Under the pieces are notes generated by a model that did not search any database, had not been told where the DNA came from, and was given only the letters and a program-made list of their open reading frames with translations. From Candidatus Fermentibacterota bacterium (lineage in GTDB: Bacteria; JAFGKV01): a stretch of DNA of 33,571 bases. The stretch is from positions 1-33,571 of the forward strand of contig JAFGKV010000067.1 in the NCBI GenBank assembly GCA_016928395.1, read 5' to 3'. Both the position numbers and the translations under genes were made by a program. Shown piece by piece: positions 9,684 through 18,271 of the stretch; within the stretch, counting starts at the first letter, position 1, and each line of letters starts with the position of its first letter.

Positions 9684-11831
9684 ATGAACTCCCAGGTCGA
9701 CAGGATTCGTGACGACTTCCTATCTCGGGCGAAACAACTGGGGTATCGGGTCGAAGTGCTTGCCCGCCCCCCCCAAGGATACCTCTTCTGCGCAGATGTG
9801 TTTGCCGGTGAGTCCAAGGCCGGCCGTCTCTATGCACGGAAGAAATCAGTATCGTGGCGGGCTGTTGGGGCAACCCAAGTGATCCGTGTCGATGAGACAC
9901 ACCCCGCGACCGAGCTTTTGCCGCCTGTGGGCTTACAAGGCCCGGAACCCGCAGTTCCCTCCAAGGATCTCGAAGGTTCAGAGGCACCCGAGGCGCGGGA
10001 TGCCGTTGACGTGGAAGATGAGCGCGTCCCTGCTACCTCTCTGCAGACCGCGCCCGAACCCCCCACCGAGAAACTCGAGGCAGCGGAATCCCGCGAGGAG
10101 CCAGAGAACGGGCCACTCCGTTCCAGCGACACGTCCCGTTCCCACGAAGGTGTTGCGCAGCCGCCAGAGCCTCCCTCGCATCCCGAACCAACACCACAGA
10201 CTCCTCCTCAAGCCCCACCCGCACCCATGCTCGATCATGGGAAACCGGCTCCCGCGACGCCGCAAGGGGAGGAGCCTTCCGCTGTGGCAACGGCACCACC
10301 GAAGACATCGAGTGGACTGACCCGCGCCGTGAACGCGTTCAAGGAGGGTGACTTTAAGAAGGCCGCGCAATGGGCCCAGTTGGCCTTGGCCGAGAATCCC
10401 GAGAGCCCGACGGCCAAGGAAATCCTGGCACGAGCCCAGAGGCTGCTCGAAGCCGACCAACCAAGAGCCGTTGCCGATGAGCCCAAAGCGCCTGTCTCGT
10501 CGCCACCACCTTCGAGCCAGACCCCACCGACTCCCCCTGGTATTCAGACACCTTCAGCGTCAACATCCAGGGCCACTCCCTTGCCACCGCCTCAAGTACA
10601 GGCAGCGACCACCGCGGCGACGGCAGCGAGGGCTCTGCCACGCAAACGACGAATTCCGCCATGGGTATTCGTCGCCTTCGGTGCTGTATTGATCGTGATG
10701 GCCGTGACCTGGCCTCGGATGACCGCCCGCGCTCCTCTCGCAGAGCCGCCTGAGGAAGTAGCAGTGGATACGCTGGAGGTCATGAGAGTGGACGCCACCC
10801 GGTTGATGGCCGCCATTGCGGCCGATACTCTCGGGCGCGTCGGTGAGGAAGCCATGGCACTGGCTTTGGGCATCCTGTCCCGCGATGCATCGGACAGCCT
10901 GGTGATGCACCAAATCGGAGACCTAAGCCGGAGGGCGGATTCCCTGGCGCAGATCCATCTATCCGCCCACCGTTTCGCGTCGGCCGCAACCCATCTCGAC
11001 CAAGCCCGCAAGGGCTGGCTCGCACTCAGAGCAGTGTTGGCCAAGGACACCACGATCGTACTCCAGGCCGAACGCAACCAGCAACAGCGCATGGTGCTGG
11101 ACACGAAGCGATCCATGTTCTCTGCGATGGTCCATGTACCGCCTGGTCCATTCCGTCGAGGCTCAAACCGGGGTGGCTTGAACTCCCGGCCCGAGCGCGA
11201 GGTTGAACTCGAAGGGTTCTACGTCGACAAAACGGAAGTCACCGTTGGCCACTACCTGGTGTTCCTCATGGATACCGCCGCGCGCGATACTGCAGGAGAT
11301 GCGCCGCCGAGTGAGCGAGCGATAGGCGCCTCAGAAGGCGACGAACTCAATCTTCCCGTGGTGTCTGTGACGTGGAGGGAGGCCGTTCGCTTTGCGGCGT
11401 GGGCCGGGAAACGACTGCCCACCGAGGCTGAGTGGGAGAAAGCCGCCCGTGGCACCGATGGGCGGGCATATCCCTGGGGTGATGAGTATGACCCGTCCCT
11501 GGTCGTCGCCAAAGGCGCCGGCGCACCCTCACCCGTAGGTAGCACACCATCGGATGCCAGCCCCTACGGGGCGCTGGACATGGCGGGTAATGTTCGGGAG
11601 TGGACAGCGGACTTCTATGATCCACTGTACTACGGTAAAGCCCCCAAGGTCGATCCCAAGGGACCTGCCCGTGGCCGAGACCGTGTCGTTCGCGGGGGTT
11701 CATGGCGTCGTGACTGTGAGGATGAGGGTCTTACCCACGCTCGGATGCACGAACCACCCACCACAGAATCCATCGACCTTGGCTTCCGGCTGGTCGTGTC
11801 GGAAAGCGATTACCCAGCGGACCTTCGCTAA
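9684..11831 (+). CDS. Bitopic membrane protein with C-terminal SUMF1/FGE-sulfatase (EgtB/PvdO-like) domain
   Basis: GAGGGA RBS; small N-terminal domain, Pro/Glu-rich linkers, a TPR-like hairpin and one TM (IPPWVFVAFGAVLIVMAVTW); then DKTEVT, RLPTEAEWEKAARG, YPWG, DMAGNVREW, RVVRGGSW and GFRLV. Confidence 0.88.
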   Translation: MNSQVDRIRDDFLSRAKQLGYRVEVLARPPQGYLFCADVFAGESKAGRLYARKKSVSWRAVGATQVIRVDETHPATELLPPVGLQGPEPAVPSKDLEGSEAPEARDAVDVEDERVPATSLQTAPEPPTEKLEAAESREEPENGPLRSSDTSRSHEGVAQPPEPPSHPEPTPQTPPQAPPAPMLDHGKPAPATPQGEEPSAVATAPPKTSSGLTRAVNAFKEGDFKKAAQWAQLALAENPESPTAKEILARAQRLLEADQPRAVADEPKAPVSSPPPSSQTPPTPPGIQTPSASTSRATPLPPPQVQAATTAATAARALPRKRRIPPWVFVAFGAVLIVMAVTWPRMTARAPLAEPPEEVAVDTLEVMRVDATRLMAAIAADTLGRVGEEAMALALGILSRDASDSLVMHQIGDLSRRADSLAQIHLSAHRFASAATHLDQARKGWLALRAVLAKDTTIVLQAERNQQQRMVLDTKRSMFSAMVHVPPGPFRRGSNRGGLNSRPEREVELEGFYVDKTEVTVGHYLVFLMDTAARDTAGDAPPSERAIGASEGDELNLPVVSVTWREAVRFAAWAGKRLPTEAEWEKAARGTDGRAYPWGDEYDPSLVVAKGAGAPSPVGSTPSDASPYGALDMAGNVREWTADFYDPLYYGKAPKVDPKGPARGRDRVVRGGSWRRDCEDEGLTHARMHEPPTTESIDLGFRLVVSESDYPADLR

Positions 11832-12066
11832 CGTTGCACGCCGAGGATGCGCCCTCCTCGTCATCCTCAGGTGAAGGTTGAGAGGGCAGACCCTTCCCGG
11901 AAACCTCGTTCTTCCGGCATCAAGTGCCTCGCCATCGGTACCCAACGATCCACGTTCGGAGCGTGTCGCTTGGTGGGCCTGCGAGGTGGCAGCCTGGCGA
12001 TCCCATCGCAGTCGAATGCTCGATTCACGCATCGGCCCCACATCAATGCCCGTCGCCTTCCAGGGC

Positions 12067-12092
12067 GGGCGACGGGAGACGGTCGCTCCTAC
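12067..12092 (-). repeat. GTAG-family REP-like palindrome
   Basis: Minus strand reads GTAGG-AGCGAC-cgtctccc-GTCGCC-C, in the spacer between convergent genes. Confidence 0.5.
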
Positions 12093-12128
12093 GACGGCGG
12101 AGTGTCATCGCTTCCGCTCTCAACCCCG

Positions 12129-12155
12129 AAAGATCTGAGGGCGTGCTCCCTCAGA
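12129..12155 (-). terminator. Possible intrinsic terminator after the DUF4446 gene
   Basis: 8-bp stem TCTGAGGG/CCCTCAGA with a 6-nt loop, followed by TCTTT on the minus strand, about 40 nt past the stop. The U-tract is weak. Confidence 0.35.
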
Positions 12156-12197
12156 GGCCCCGCTGAACCCCGAACTGCCACATGCCTGTACGGATCG

Positions 12198-12683
12198 CTA
12201 TTTCGTTTTCATCGCTTCAGCAATGGCCTTCTCTTCCTCCGGCGACAGTCTGTGAGTTGAGTTTCGTTGCTCTATGGGCTTGCCGTAGACCCGCGAACTC
12301 CCATCACCACTCTGCAGACACGATACCACGACACCGCTAGCAGTGTCATCCAGGAGGGCGACGCTGAAACTCTGCTCAGCGACGCCCGCGCCGAACGGGT
12401 TGAACCGAACGACATGCACGTGGGAAATAGCTCGCTCAAGGTGGTGACGGATCCGGCCGAGAGCATCCTTGGTCTCAATCTCTCTTTTCCTAATGGCCTC
12501 GATCTTGTCGCCATGCGCGACGATGACATCTTCCAGATCGTGGGCATTTTCCCCTCTGAACAGACGCCGGTATTTCACCCACAGCACGATGAACAGGACT
12601 TGCAGGACCAGAAGCCACACGAGCCCGACTGCCGCGCCTATGGCGACGACGCCGGGCTCCAACCGGCTAAACAGATGGATCAT
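12198..12683 (-). CDS. DUF4446 family membrane-anchored protein
   Basis: N-terminal TM and coiled segment; VVRFNPF...QSFSVALLD...GVVVS...RVYGKPI...LSPEEEKAI; AAGGA RBS before ATG 12683. Confidence 0.85.
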   Translation of the reverse strand: MIHLFSRLEPGVVAIGAAVGLVWLLVLQVLFIVLWVKYRRLFRGENAHDLEDVIVAHGDKIEAIRKREIETKDALGRIRHHLERAISHVHVVRFNPFGAGVAEQSFSVALLDDTASGVVVSCLQSGDGSSRVYGKPIEQRNSTHRLSPEEEKAIAEAMKTK

Positions 12684-12983
12684 TGACGATTCCTTGTCAC
12701 GGAGTTGACTGCCCCAGCGGATAACCACGGGCGTCGAGGGTCGCCTGTGGTGAGGGCCGCGACTGTGCGCGGCCCGTAGCTATCACCCGTTCGGATTCCT
12801 TGATGCCTGGCATGCCAAGTACGCTGTGCGGATGGCGCTGTCAAGAAGGCCTCAGGCTGTGGGCCTTCAGCCTGCAAGTCCCCGCGCGCTCACGCCACGC
12901 GTCGCAATCCGCTGGAGCCAACACCACGAACACCGCCGATGAGAACACAGGAACGCGTCGAATGCCGCCCTGCAACTGTGGTA

Positions 12984-15299
12984 CTACTCCCCCTTGAGTA
13001 GCCTCCACACGCGATCAGGGGTAAAAGGAGATGACCTTAACCTGACGCCAACTGCATCGTACACCGCATTAGAGATAACCGGTAGCGGACCATTGATGGA
13101 AATCTCGCTGATGCTCTTGGCGCCGTAAGGCCCCGTGGGCTCGTAGGTCGGTACCAGAATAGTCACCAGATCGGGTACATCCCGGGAACTGGGAATTCGA
13201 TACCCCACGAAGCTGCCGTTGCGCATCCTGCCCCGGTCGTCCATGAGGTACTCCTCGCAGAGCGCATAACCGATGCCGTTCATGACCGCGCCCTCTGTCT
13301 GGCCTTGCGCCAACGCAGGGTTGATGGCGACGCCGCAGTCGACGGCAGCAACGTAGCGGACTACTCTGATTCGGCCTGTGAGCGTATCGACCTCTATCTC
13401 GGCAAAATGCGCGGAGAACGGTGGGGGCGAGACCTCTCCCCACGCGGAGGCCATGCCCATGAGCTGTTCTTGATCCTCCTGGTAGAGGCTGCGGAGCGCG
13501 ACATCGGACACTGCGACCACCCGGTCCCCTCCGATGACCAAACCTCCCCGCAGCGAGAGACCGTGCAGTTCTGTTCCCATCATACGCGCGGCGACCCGGA
13601 TGATCTTGCCCGCGAGATCCGATGCGGCTCGACGCACCGCTTCACCCGAGATGTAGGTAGTGGATGATGCGTAGGCACCGGTATCAAAGGGCGTGAGATC
13701 AGTGTCCGAGGAGTAGACAACAACCTGGTCGGCTCGAATTCCCAAGGTCTCCGCGGCGATTTGTGCGAGAATTGTGTCGCTTCCAGTGCCCAGATCCGTG
13801 GCGCCTACCAGCAGGTTCACTGAACCGTCATCGTTGAGCTTAAGGGTGGCCGAGGCCATGTCGATGCGGGGAATCCCCGACCCCTGCATGAGGGCTGCCA
13901 TGCCAATGCCTCTCACGAGTCTGCCATTCCCTCCCCTTCCTCGCTTCTCCTCCCAGCCAATGGCCTTGGACCCCTGCTCCAGGCACTGCTCCAAGCCGCA
14001 TGACCGAATGGACATGGGTACCCCCTCGGTGCCTTCGCCCAGTGCTTGAAACACCGGAGAACTCTCACCGGACCGGATGTGGTTACGCCTCCACAGCTCC
14101 AGCACGTCCAAACCCAGATCCCGGGCCATCTCATCCATCTGCACATTCAGAGCGAAAGCGCCCTGGGTCGCCCCATACCCTCGATAGGCCCCGGAGACAG
14201 GAAGCGTGGTGTACGCGGAGCGTGCTCTGAAGCGAACGGCCCGGGTCCGATTCACTAAAGGAAGCACCTTGCTACCTGTGTTTGTCGCCACCGTGAGGGC
14301 GTGGCTGCCGTAAGCCCCGGTATCCAGCACGGTATCCAGATCAAGCAGAGTGACTCGCCCCTCCCCATCCGCAGCACTACGAAGGCGCAGATGCTGCGGA
14401 TGGCGCGTCCTGGATGTCATGAAGACTTCCTGGCGGGTCAGGCGAAGCCTCACCGGCAGCTCGGTCCGTAGGCAGAGAAGGCCCGCGATCTGCTCCAGGA
14501 ACACCTCCTGTTTCCCGCCGAATCCGCCGCCTATGCGAGGCTTGATAACCCTGACTCGCCCCACCGGCAGACCGAGCACATTGGCTACGATACGCCTCGC
14601 GTGGAAGGGTACTTGGGTTGAAGAACGAAGGATCAACCTTCCATCCGGATCCAGGTACGCGATCACCTCGTGAGGCTCTATAGCGCAGTGGGAAGCGCGA
14701 TGCACCTGGTAGGTCCGATCGAGACGATGGGTCGCCTGGTCCCAGACCTCATCCACGGGACCGGTGGAGAACTCGGCGGAAGCTGCCAGGTTCTGCTTCG
14801 GCCGGTACACCACCGGGATGGCGGCATGAGCCTCGGGTTCATCGTGAATCACCGGTGCGCCGGGCTCCAGCGCCCGTAACGGATCAAACACGGGCTCCAG
14901 TACCTCATAGTTGACTCGGATGAGCCCCAATGCGGCCTCGGCAACTTCCTCGCTCACCGCCGCGATGACTGCAACCCGATCACCCACATGACGAACCTTC
15001 CAGTCGAACATGACCGAATCGTGCGGAGACGGCTCGGGGAAACCCTGGCCCGCCGTAGTGTGGAAAACCCGCGGAGCATTCGCGGCGCTTACCACACTCA
15101 CAACCCCCGGCAGGACGAGTGCCTCCGATGCATCGACGCTGGTGATCCGGGCATGGGCGTGAGGCGAGAGAAGTAGGCGCGCATGAAGCATACCGGGGAG
15201 GGCAAAATCGTCAGTGAAGGTATGCCTCCCCGAAGCCAGGCCCATCGCATCCAACTTGCGTACGCTGTGGCCGACAACCGTGGTATCGTACTCATTCAT
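12984..15299 (-). CDS. Xanthine dehydrogenase family molybdopterin-binding subunit (XdhD/YgfN-like)
   Basis: LSPHAHARI, TAGQGFPEPSP...KVRHVGDRVA, STQVPF, IGGGFGGKQE, GAYRGYGATQG, DLGTGSDTILAQIAAE and GPYGAKSISE. True start ATG 15299 overlaps the upstream stop (ATGA). Confidence 0.93.
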   Translation of the reverse strand: MNEYDTTVVGHSVRKLDAMGLASGRHTFTDDFALPGMLHARLLLSPHAHARITSVDASEALVLPGVVSVVSAANAPRVFHTTAGQGFPEPSPHDSVMFDWKVRHVGDRVAVIAAVSEEVAEAALGLIRVNYEVLEPVFDPLRALEPGAPVIHDEPEAHAAIPVVYRPKQNLAASAEFSTGPVDEVWDQATHRLDRTYQVHRASHCAIEPHEVIAYLDPDGRLILRSSTQVPFHARRIVANVLGLPVGRVRVIKPRIGGGFGGKQEVFLEQIAGLLCLRTELPVRLRLTRQEVFMTSRTRHPQHLRLRSAADGEGRVTLLDLDTVLDTGAYGSHALTVATNTGSKVLPLVNRTRAVRFRARSAYTTLPVSGAYRGYGATQGAFALNVQMDEMARDLGLDVLELWRRNHIRSGESSPVFQALGEGTEGVPMSIRSCGLEQCLEQGSKAIGWEEKRGRGGNGRLVRGIGMAALMQGSGIPRIDMASATLKLNDDGSVNLLVGATDLGTGSDTILAQIAAETLGIRADQVVVYSSDTDLTPFDTGAYASSTTYISGEAVRRAASDLAGKIIRVAARMMGTELHGLSLRGGLVIGGDRVVAVSDVALRSLYQEDQEQLMGMASAWGEVSPPPFSAHFAEIEVDTLTGRIRVVRYVAAVDCGVAINPALAQGQTEGAVMNGIGYALCEEYLMDDRGRMRNGSFVGYRIPSSRDVPDLVTILVPTYEPTGPYGAKSISEISINGPLPVISNAVYDAVGVRLRSSPFTPDRVWRLLKGE

Positions 15300-15769
15300 G
15301 AGAGTGCCTCCCCGCGCAGCCGCGCAGCGGCCATCATCACTGCGTCGATGATCTTCACATAGCCCGTGCACCGGCACAGATTTCCGTCCAGCGCTGCCGC
15401 GACATCCTCCCTTGTGGGATGAGGATTGCGCTGCAGAAGCGCATAGGCGGACAGCACCATGCCGGGGGTGCAGTAGCCACACTGAACCGCGCCGGCCTCG
15501 GCAAATGCCTCCTGAATCGGATGGGGTACCGATGGTGTACCAAGCCCTTCGATGGTGGTGATACTGTGGCCTTCGATTCTGGGTAGTACCACGAGACACG
15601 AATTGACCGGTTCACCATCCAGCAGCACCACGCAGGCTCCACACTCTCCGCTGCCGCAGCCATACTTGGTTCCCGTGAGCCCGTGGGCTCGCAGCACGTC
15701 GACCAGCCGTTCTCCGGGCGCCACGTCGCATGAAAAAGGTGATCCGTTCACAGTGGCCGTCACTCTCAT
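15296..15769 (-). CDS. Molybdenum hydroxylase small (2Fe-2S)2 subunit (CoxS/XdhC-like)
   Basis: GTKYGCGSGECGAC...NSC and QCGYCTPG...GNLCRCTGY; ATGA overlaps at both ends. Confidence 0.95.
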   Translation of the reverse strand: MRVTATVNGSPFSCDVAPGERLVDVLRAHGLTGTKYGCGSGECGACVVLLDGEPVNSCLVVLPRIEGHSITTIEGLGTPSVPHPIQEAFAEAGAVQCGYCTPGMVLSAYALLQRNPHPTREDVAAALDGNLCRCTGYVKIIDAVMMAAARLRGEALS

Positions 15770-16602
15770 GCTGACGCCTCCCGGGTTGCAGTCTCGAAAC
15801 AGTCCATCACACACGTTCCCGCCAAGTCCAGCCGGTAGACGGCCTCTGCCCGAGGGTCATGGCGCGGAGTGACAAGAGAACCGAGGAGTTCACTCAACGC
15901 GCCTCTGTCGATGACTCCCCTGGTGAGGGACTCCTCAACGGCCTCGATTCGGAGAGGGCGGGAGACCAGACCACCGATTGCGACCCGAACCCGCGGCTGA
16001 ACACCGTCGTCGAACACGACAACCGAGGCCGACGCCATGGCCAGATCGGTTTCGTTCCGGCCAAGCTTGATGAATGCCCCCCCTTTGACACCATCCACAC
16101 TCATCCGAATCTCGCTGATGATGGCGCCAGCAATGCTGCGCGGCCCGTCGGCCAGAAACCGCTCGATGGAAATCACCGTGGTCCCGTTCAGTACGATGTC
16201 GGCCCCCAGCGCCAGCAGCGCAACCGGAAGATCAGACCACGGCCCGACTCCCGCAATCACTCCTCCGGCCGTAATCAGATTCCGCAAAGGTGTGGTCGCC
16301 GTTCGCCGGACAGTCACCATTAGTAAGCGCTCCACCGGGGAATCGCCCGCCAGCATACGTTCGAGGTGGCCCAGCGTCACTCCTGCACCGATGCGAAGGG
16401 TTCCCCCTTCACGCTCGACCGCATCAAGACCAAGCCGCTCGATGCTGACGACGCCGCGTACGGCCCGACGCGGTACCATGCCCAGGGATACGCCCCCTGC
16501 CAGCACCATGACTGACGCGCCACCCTCGTGCAGAATCCGCAGAGCCTCATCCAGGGAGGCGGGCCGGTGGTATCGCTCCAGTGAAGGTAGAATCTGTGAC
16601 AC
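15766..16602 (-). CDS. Molybdenum hydroxylase FAD-binding subunit (CoxM/YgfM-like)
   Basis: YHRPASLDEAL, LAGG, LRIGAGVTL, LRNLITAGG and SDLPVALLALGA; AAGGAG RBS before the GTG. Confidence 0.9.
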   Translation of the reverse strand: MSQILPSLERYHRPASLDEALRILHEGGASVMVLAGGVSLGMVPRRAVRGVVSIERLGLDAVEREGGTLRIGAGVTLGHLERMLAGDSPVERLLMVTVRRTATTPLRNLITAGGVIAGVGPWSDLPVALLALGADIVLNGTTVISIERFLADGPRSIAGAIISEIRMSVDGVKGGAFIKLGRNETDLAMASASVVVFDDGVQPRVRVAIGGLVSRPLRIEAVEESLTRGVIDRGALSELLGSLVTPRHDPRAEAVYRLDLAGTCVMDCFETATREASA

Positions 16603-16728
16603 GTGTGACTCCTTCTGCCGGGCGACTCAGGTGGCAGGGTTCTGGGGGTCAGGAAGAACATCAAACATCAAACGCCCAACGCGAATGACGGCAATGAGTG
16701 CTCCGGGCGGCATCACCCCTTCGCCTCT

Positions 16729-17847
16729 TCACACCCTCGGATCCCCTTCCTCGTGCTTTGCGCTATCGGCGGCATCCGCCGCCGTGGATCCAACTCCAAG
16801 ACCTGCCAGGGGCGTCCCGCAACGAGGACATGACCCGTCGGCCATCGTGTCATTGGAGATCATCCTAAACCCTTCGCGGACAATGAGAACCTTCCCGCAC
16901 GAGGCACAACGCGTCGGCGTCTCCGCCGCTACATTGCCCAAGTACACGTGGGCAAGCCCAGCTCGTTCGCCGATGTCGCGGGCCTGCTCCAGCCGTGCGA
17001 CCGGCGTGGGCTGAAGACTACCCATGCGATATGCCGGGTGCGACCGGCTGATGTGCCACGGAGTCTCAGTGCCCAGCTCAGTCGCGAGAAACGTCGCCGT
17101 CCGCTCCAGCTCATCGAGTTCATCATTGATGCCATGCACGAGGAGAGTCGTCACCTCCACCCAGATGCCGTGACGCGTCATGGCTCGCAGAGTATCCAGC
17201 ACCGGTGCGAGGTGTGCGCCGACATAGGTCGAGTAGGTCTCTTCGCTGAAGGCTTTGAGATCGACATTGGCGGCATCCAAATGGGGAGCGATGAGGTCCA
17301 GCGCTTCTCTACTCATGTAGCCATTGGTAACAAAGGAGTTCTTGAGCCCGGCGGCATGGGCTGCCAGGGCGGTGTCAAGGGCGAATTCGAAAAACACGGT
17401 GGGTTCGGTGTAGGTATAGGAGATGCTGGCACAGCCCGAGGCGAGGGCGCGCCGCACGACTTCCTCCGGCGCGACCGAATCACCCACTATTCGCCCCTGG
17501 TCCCGGGGCATCTGAGAGATCTCCCAATTCTGACACCAACGGCAGCGGAAGTTGCATCCCACCGTGGCGATCGAGTACGCCCGAGACCCCGGCAACACAT
17601 GATAAAACGGCTTCTTCTCTATCGGGTCGACCGTAGCGGCAATGAGCCTGCCGTGTACGAGGGAGTAGAGGGTTCCGCCCCGGTTCACGCGAACCCGGCA
17701 TATGCCGCTGTCCCCGTCCGGAATACTGCACCGATGGGCACAGAGGCCGCATCGCACCACGTCGCCATCCACACGCTCATAGAGCAACGCCTCTCTCGGC
17801 AACCCTTCCCGGCCCTGCACGGAACTCACCTTCCCCTTGTTCTCCAC
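16729..17847 (-). CDS. amrS: AmmeMemoRadiSam system radical SAM enzyme
   Basis: VRCGLCAHRC...GICRVRVN, DPIEKKPFYH, GCNFRCRWCQNWEISQ, SYTYTEPT, WHISR, HVYLGNV and C-terminal CxxC...CxxC. Start uncertain by a few codons. Confidence 0.93.
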   Translation of the reverse strand: MENKGKVSSVQGREGLPREALLYERVDGDVVRCGLCAHRCSIPDGDSGICRVRVNRGGTLYSLVHGRLIAATVDPIEKKPFYHVLPGSRAYSIATVGCNFRCRWCQNWEISQMPRDQGRIVGDSVAPEEVVRRALASGCASISYTYTEPTVFFEFALDTALAAHAAGLKNSFVTNGYMSREALDLIAPHLDAANVDLKAFSEETYSTYVGAHLAPVLDTLRAMTRHGIWVEVTTLLVHGINDELDELERTATFLATELGTETPWHISRSHPAYRMGSLQPTPVARLEQARDIGERAGLAHVYLGNVAAETPTRCASCGKVLIVREGFRMISNDTMADGSCPRCGTPLAGLGVGSTAADAADSAKHEEGDPRV

Positions 17848-18180
17848 CCCCGACCCACCGGGACTTCGTCACAAGGCGCCGGTATCATCGCACTGGCAGG
17901 TGTACGGCGTCTGGACCAGAGGCTGATGCACGGGCCGGCCCGATGCCGACAGAGATCGGCCTGGAGATAGTGAGGAGCCCGGCAACCGGAATTGCGACGC
18001 CCTGGGCCTGAGCTGCTCGAAGCCACCAGGGCCGGCCATGCGTAGTATCCCATGATGCTCACCGATCTCAGCCGCGACCGGGTCAACAGTGAGATGCCTC
18101 ACGGCGCCTCAGCGATATGGGGCCGAAGGAGTTGAGGGACACAGTCATCGGCCACTGCCGCATGCCATTCCTATCGATCC

Positions 18181-18219
18181 GGGCAGTGCCATCGTTCGAT
18201 TCGACGGCACTGCCCCCAC
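18181..18219 (-). repeat. GTGG-prefixed REP-like palindrome / stem-loop downstream of the TPR lipoprotein gene
   Basis: Minus strand GTGG-GGGCAGTGCCGTCG-aatcgaa-CGATGGCACTGCCC: a 14-bp stem with one G-T pair. Confidence 0.5.
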
Positions 18220-18271
18220 GGACAGCTCTATCCGACGACCTCCATCAGGCAGGCGCAGCGATTCCGTTCGC

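Noticed and set aside
9767..9774. C8 tract near the 5' end of the FGE-domain gene as a phase-variation site
   Set aside because: The ORF is in frame (Arg-Pro-Pro), and such runs are expected in GC-rich, Pro-rich coding DNA.
11690..12197. FGE/CLec-fold C-terminus as a diversity-generating retroelement variable region, with a hairpin after the stop
   Set aside because: No template repeat resembling 11690-11800 and no reverse transcriptase or Avd gene in the window. A remote DGR cannot be excluded but nothing here supports it.
15300..15599. 100-aa N-terminal extension of the Mo subunit (track start 15599), or a frameshifted FeS-Mo fusion
   Set aside because: It overlaps the 2Fe-2S gene out of frame. 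The ATGA junction at 15296-15299 with an upstream GAGG indicates ordinary translational coupling.
17848..18271. Small ORFs 17826..18086 and 17869..18102 as amrA/amrB remnants
   Set aside because: No AMMECR1 (LRGCIG) or Memo motifs and no convincing RBS; treated as intergenic.
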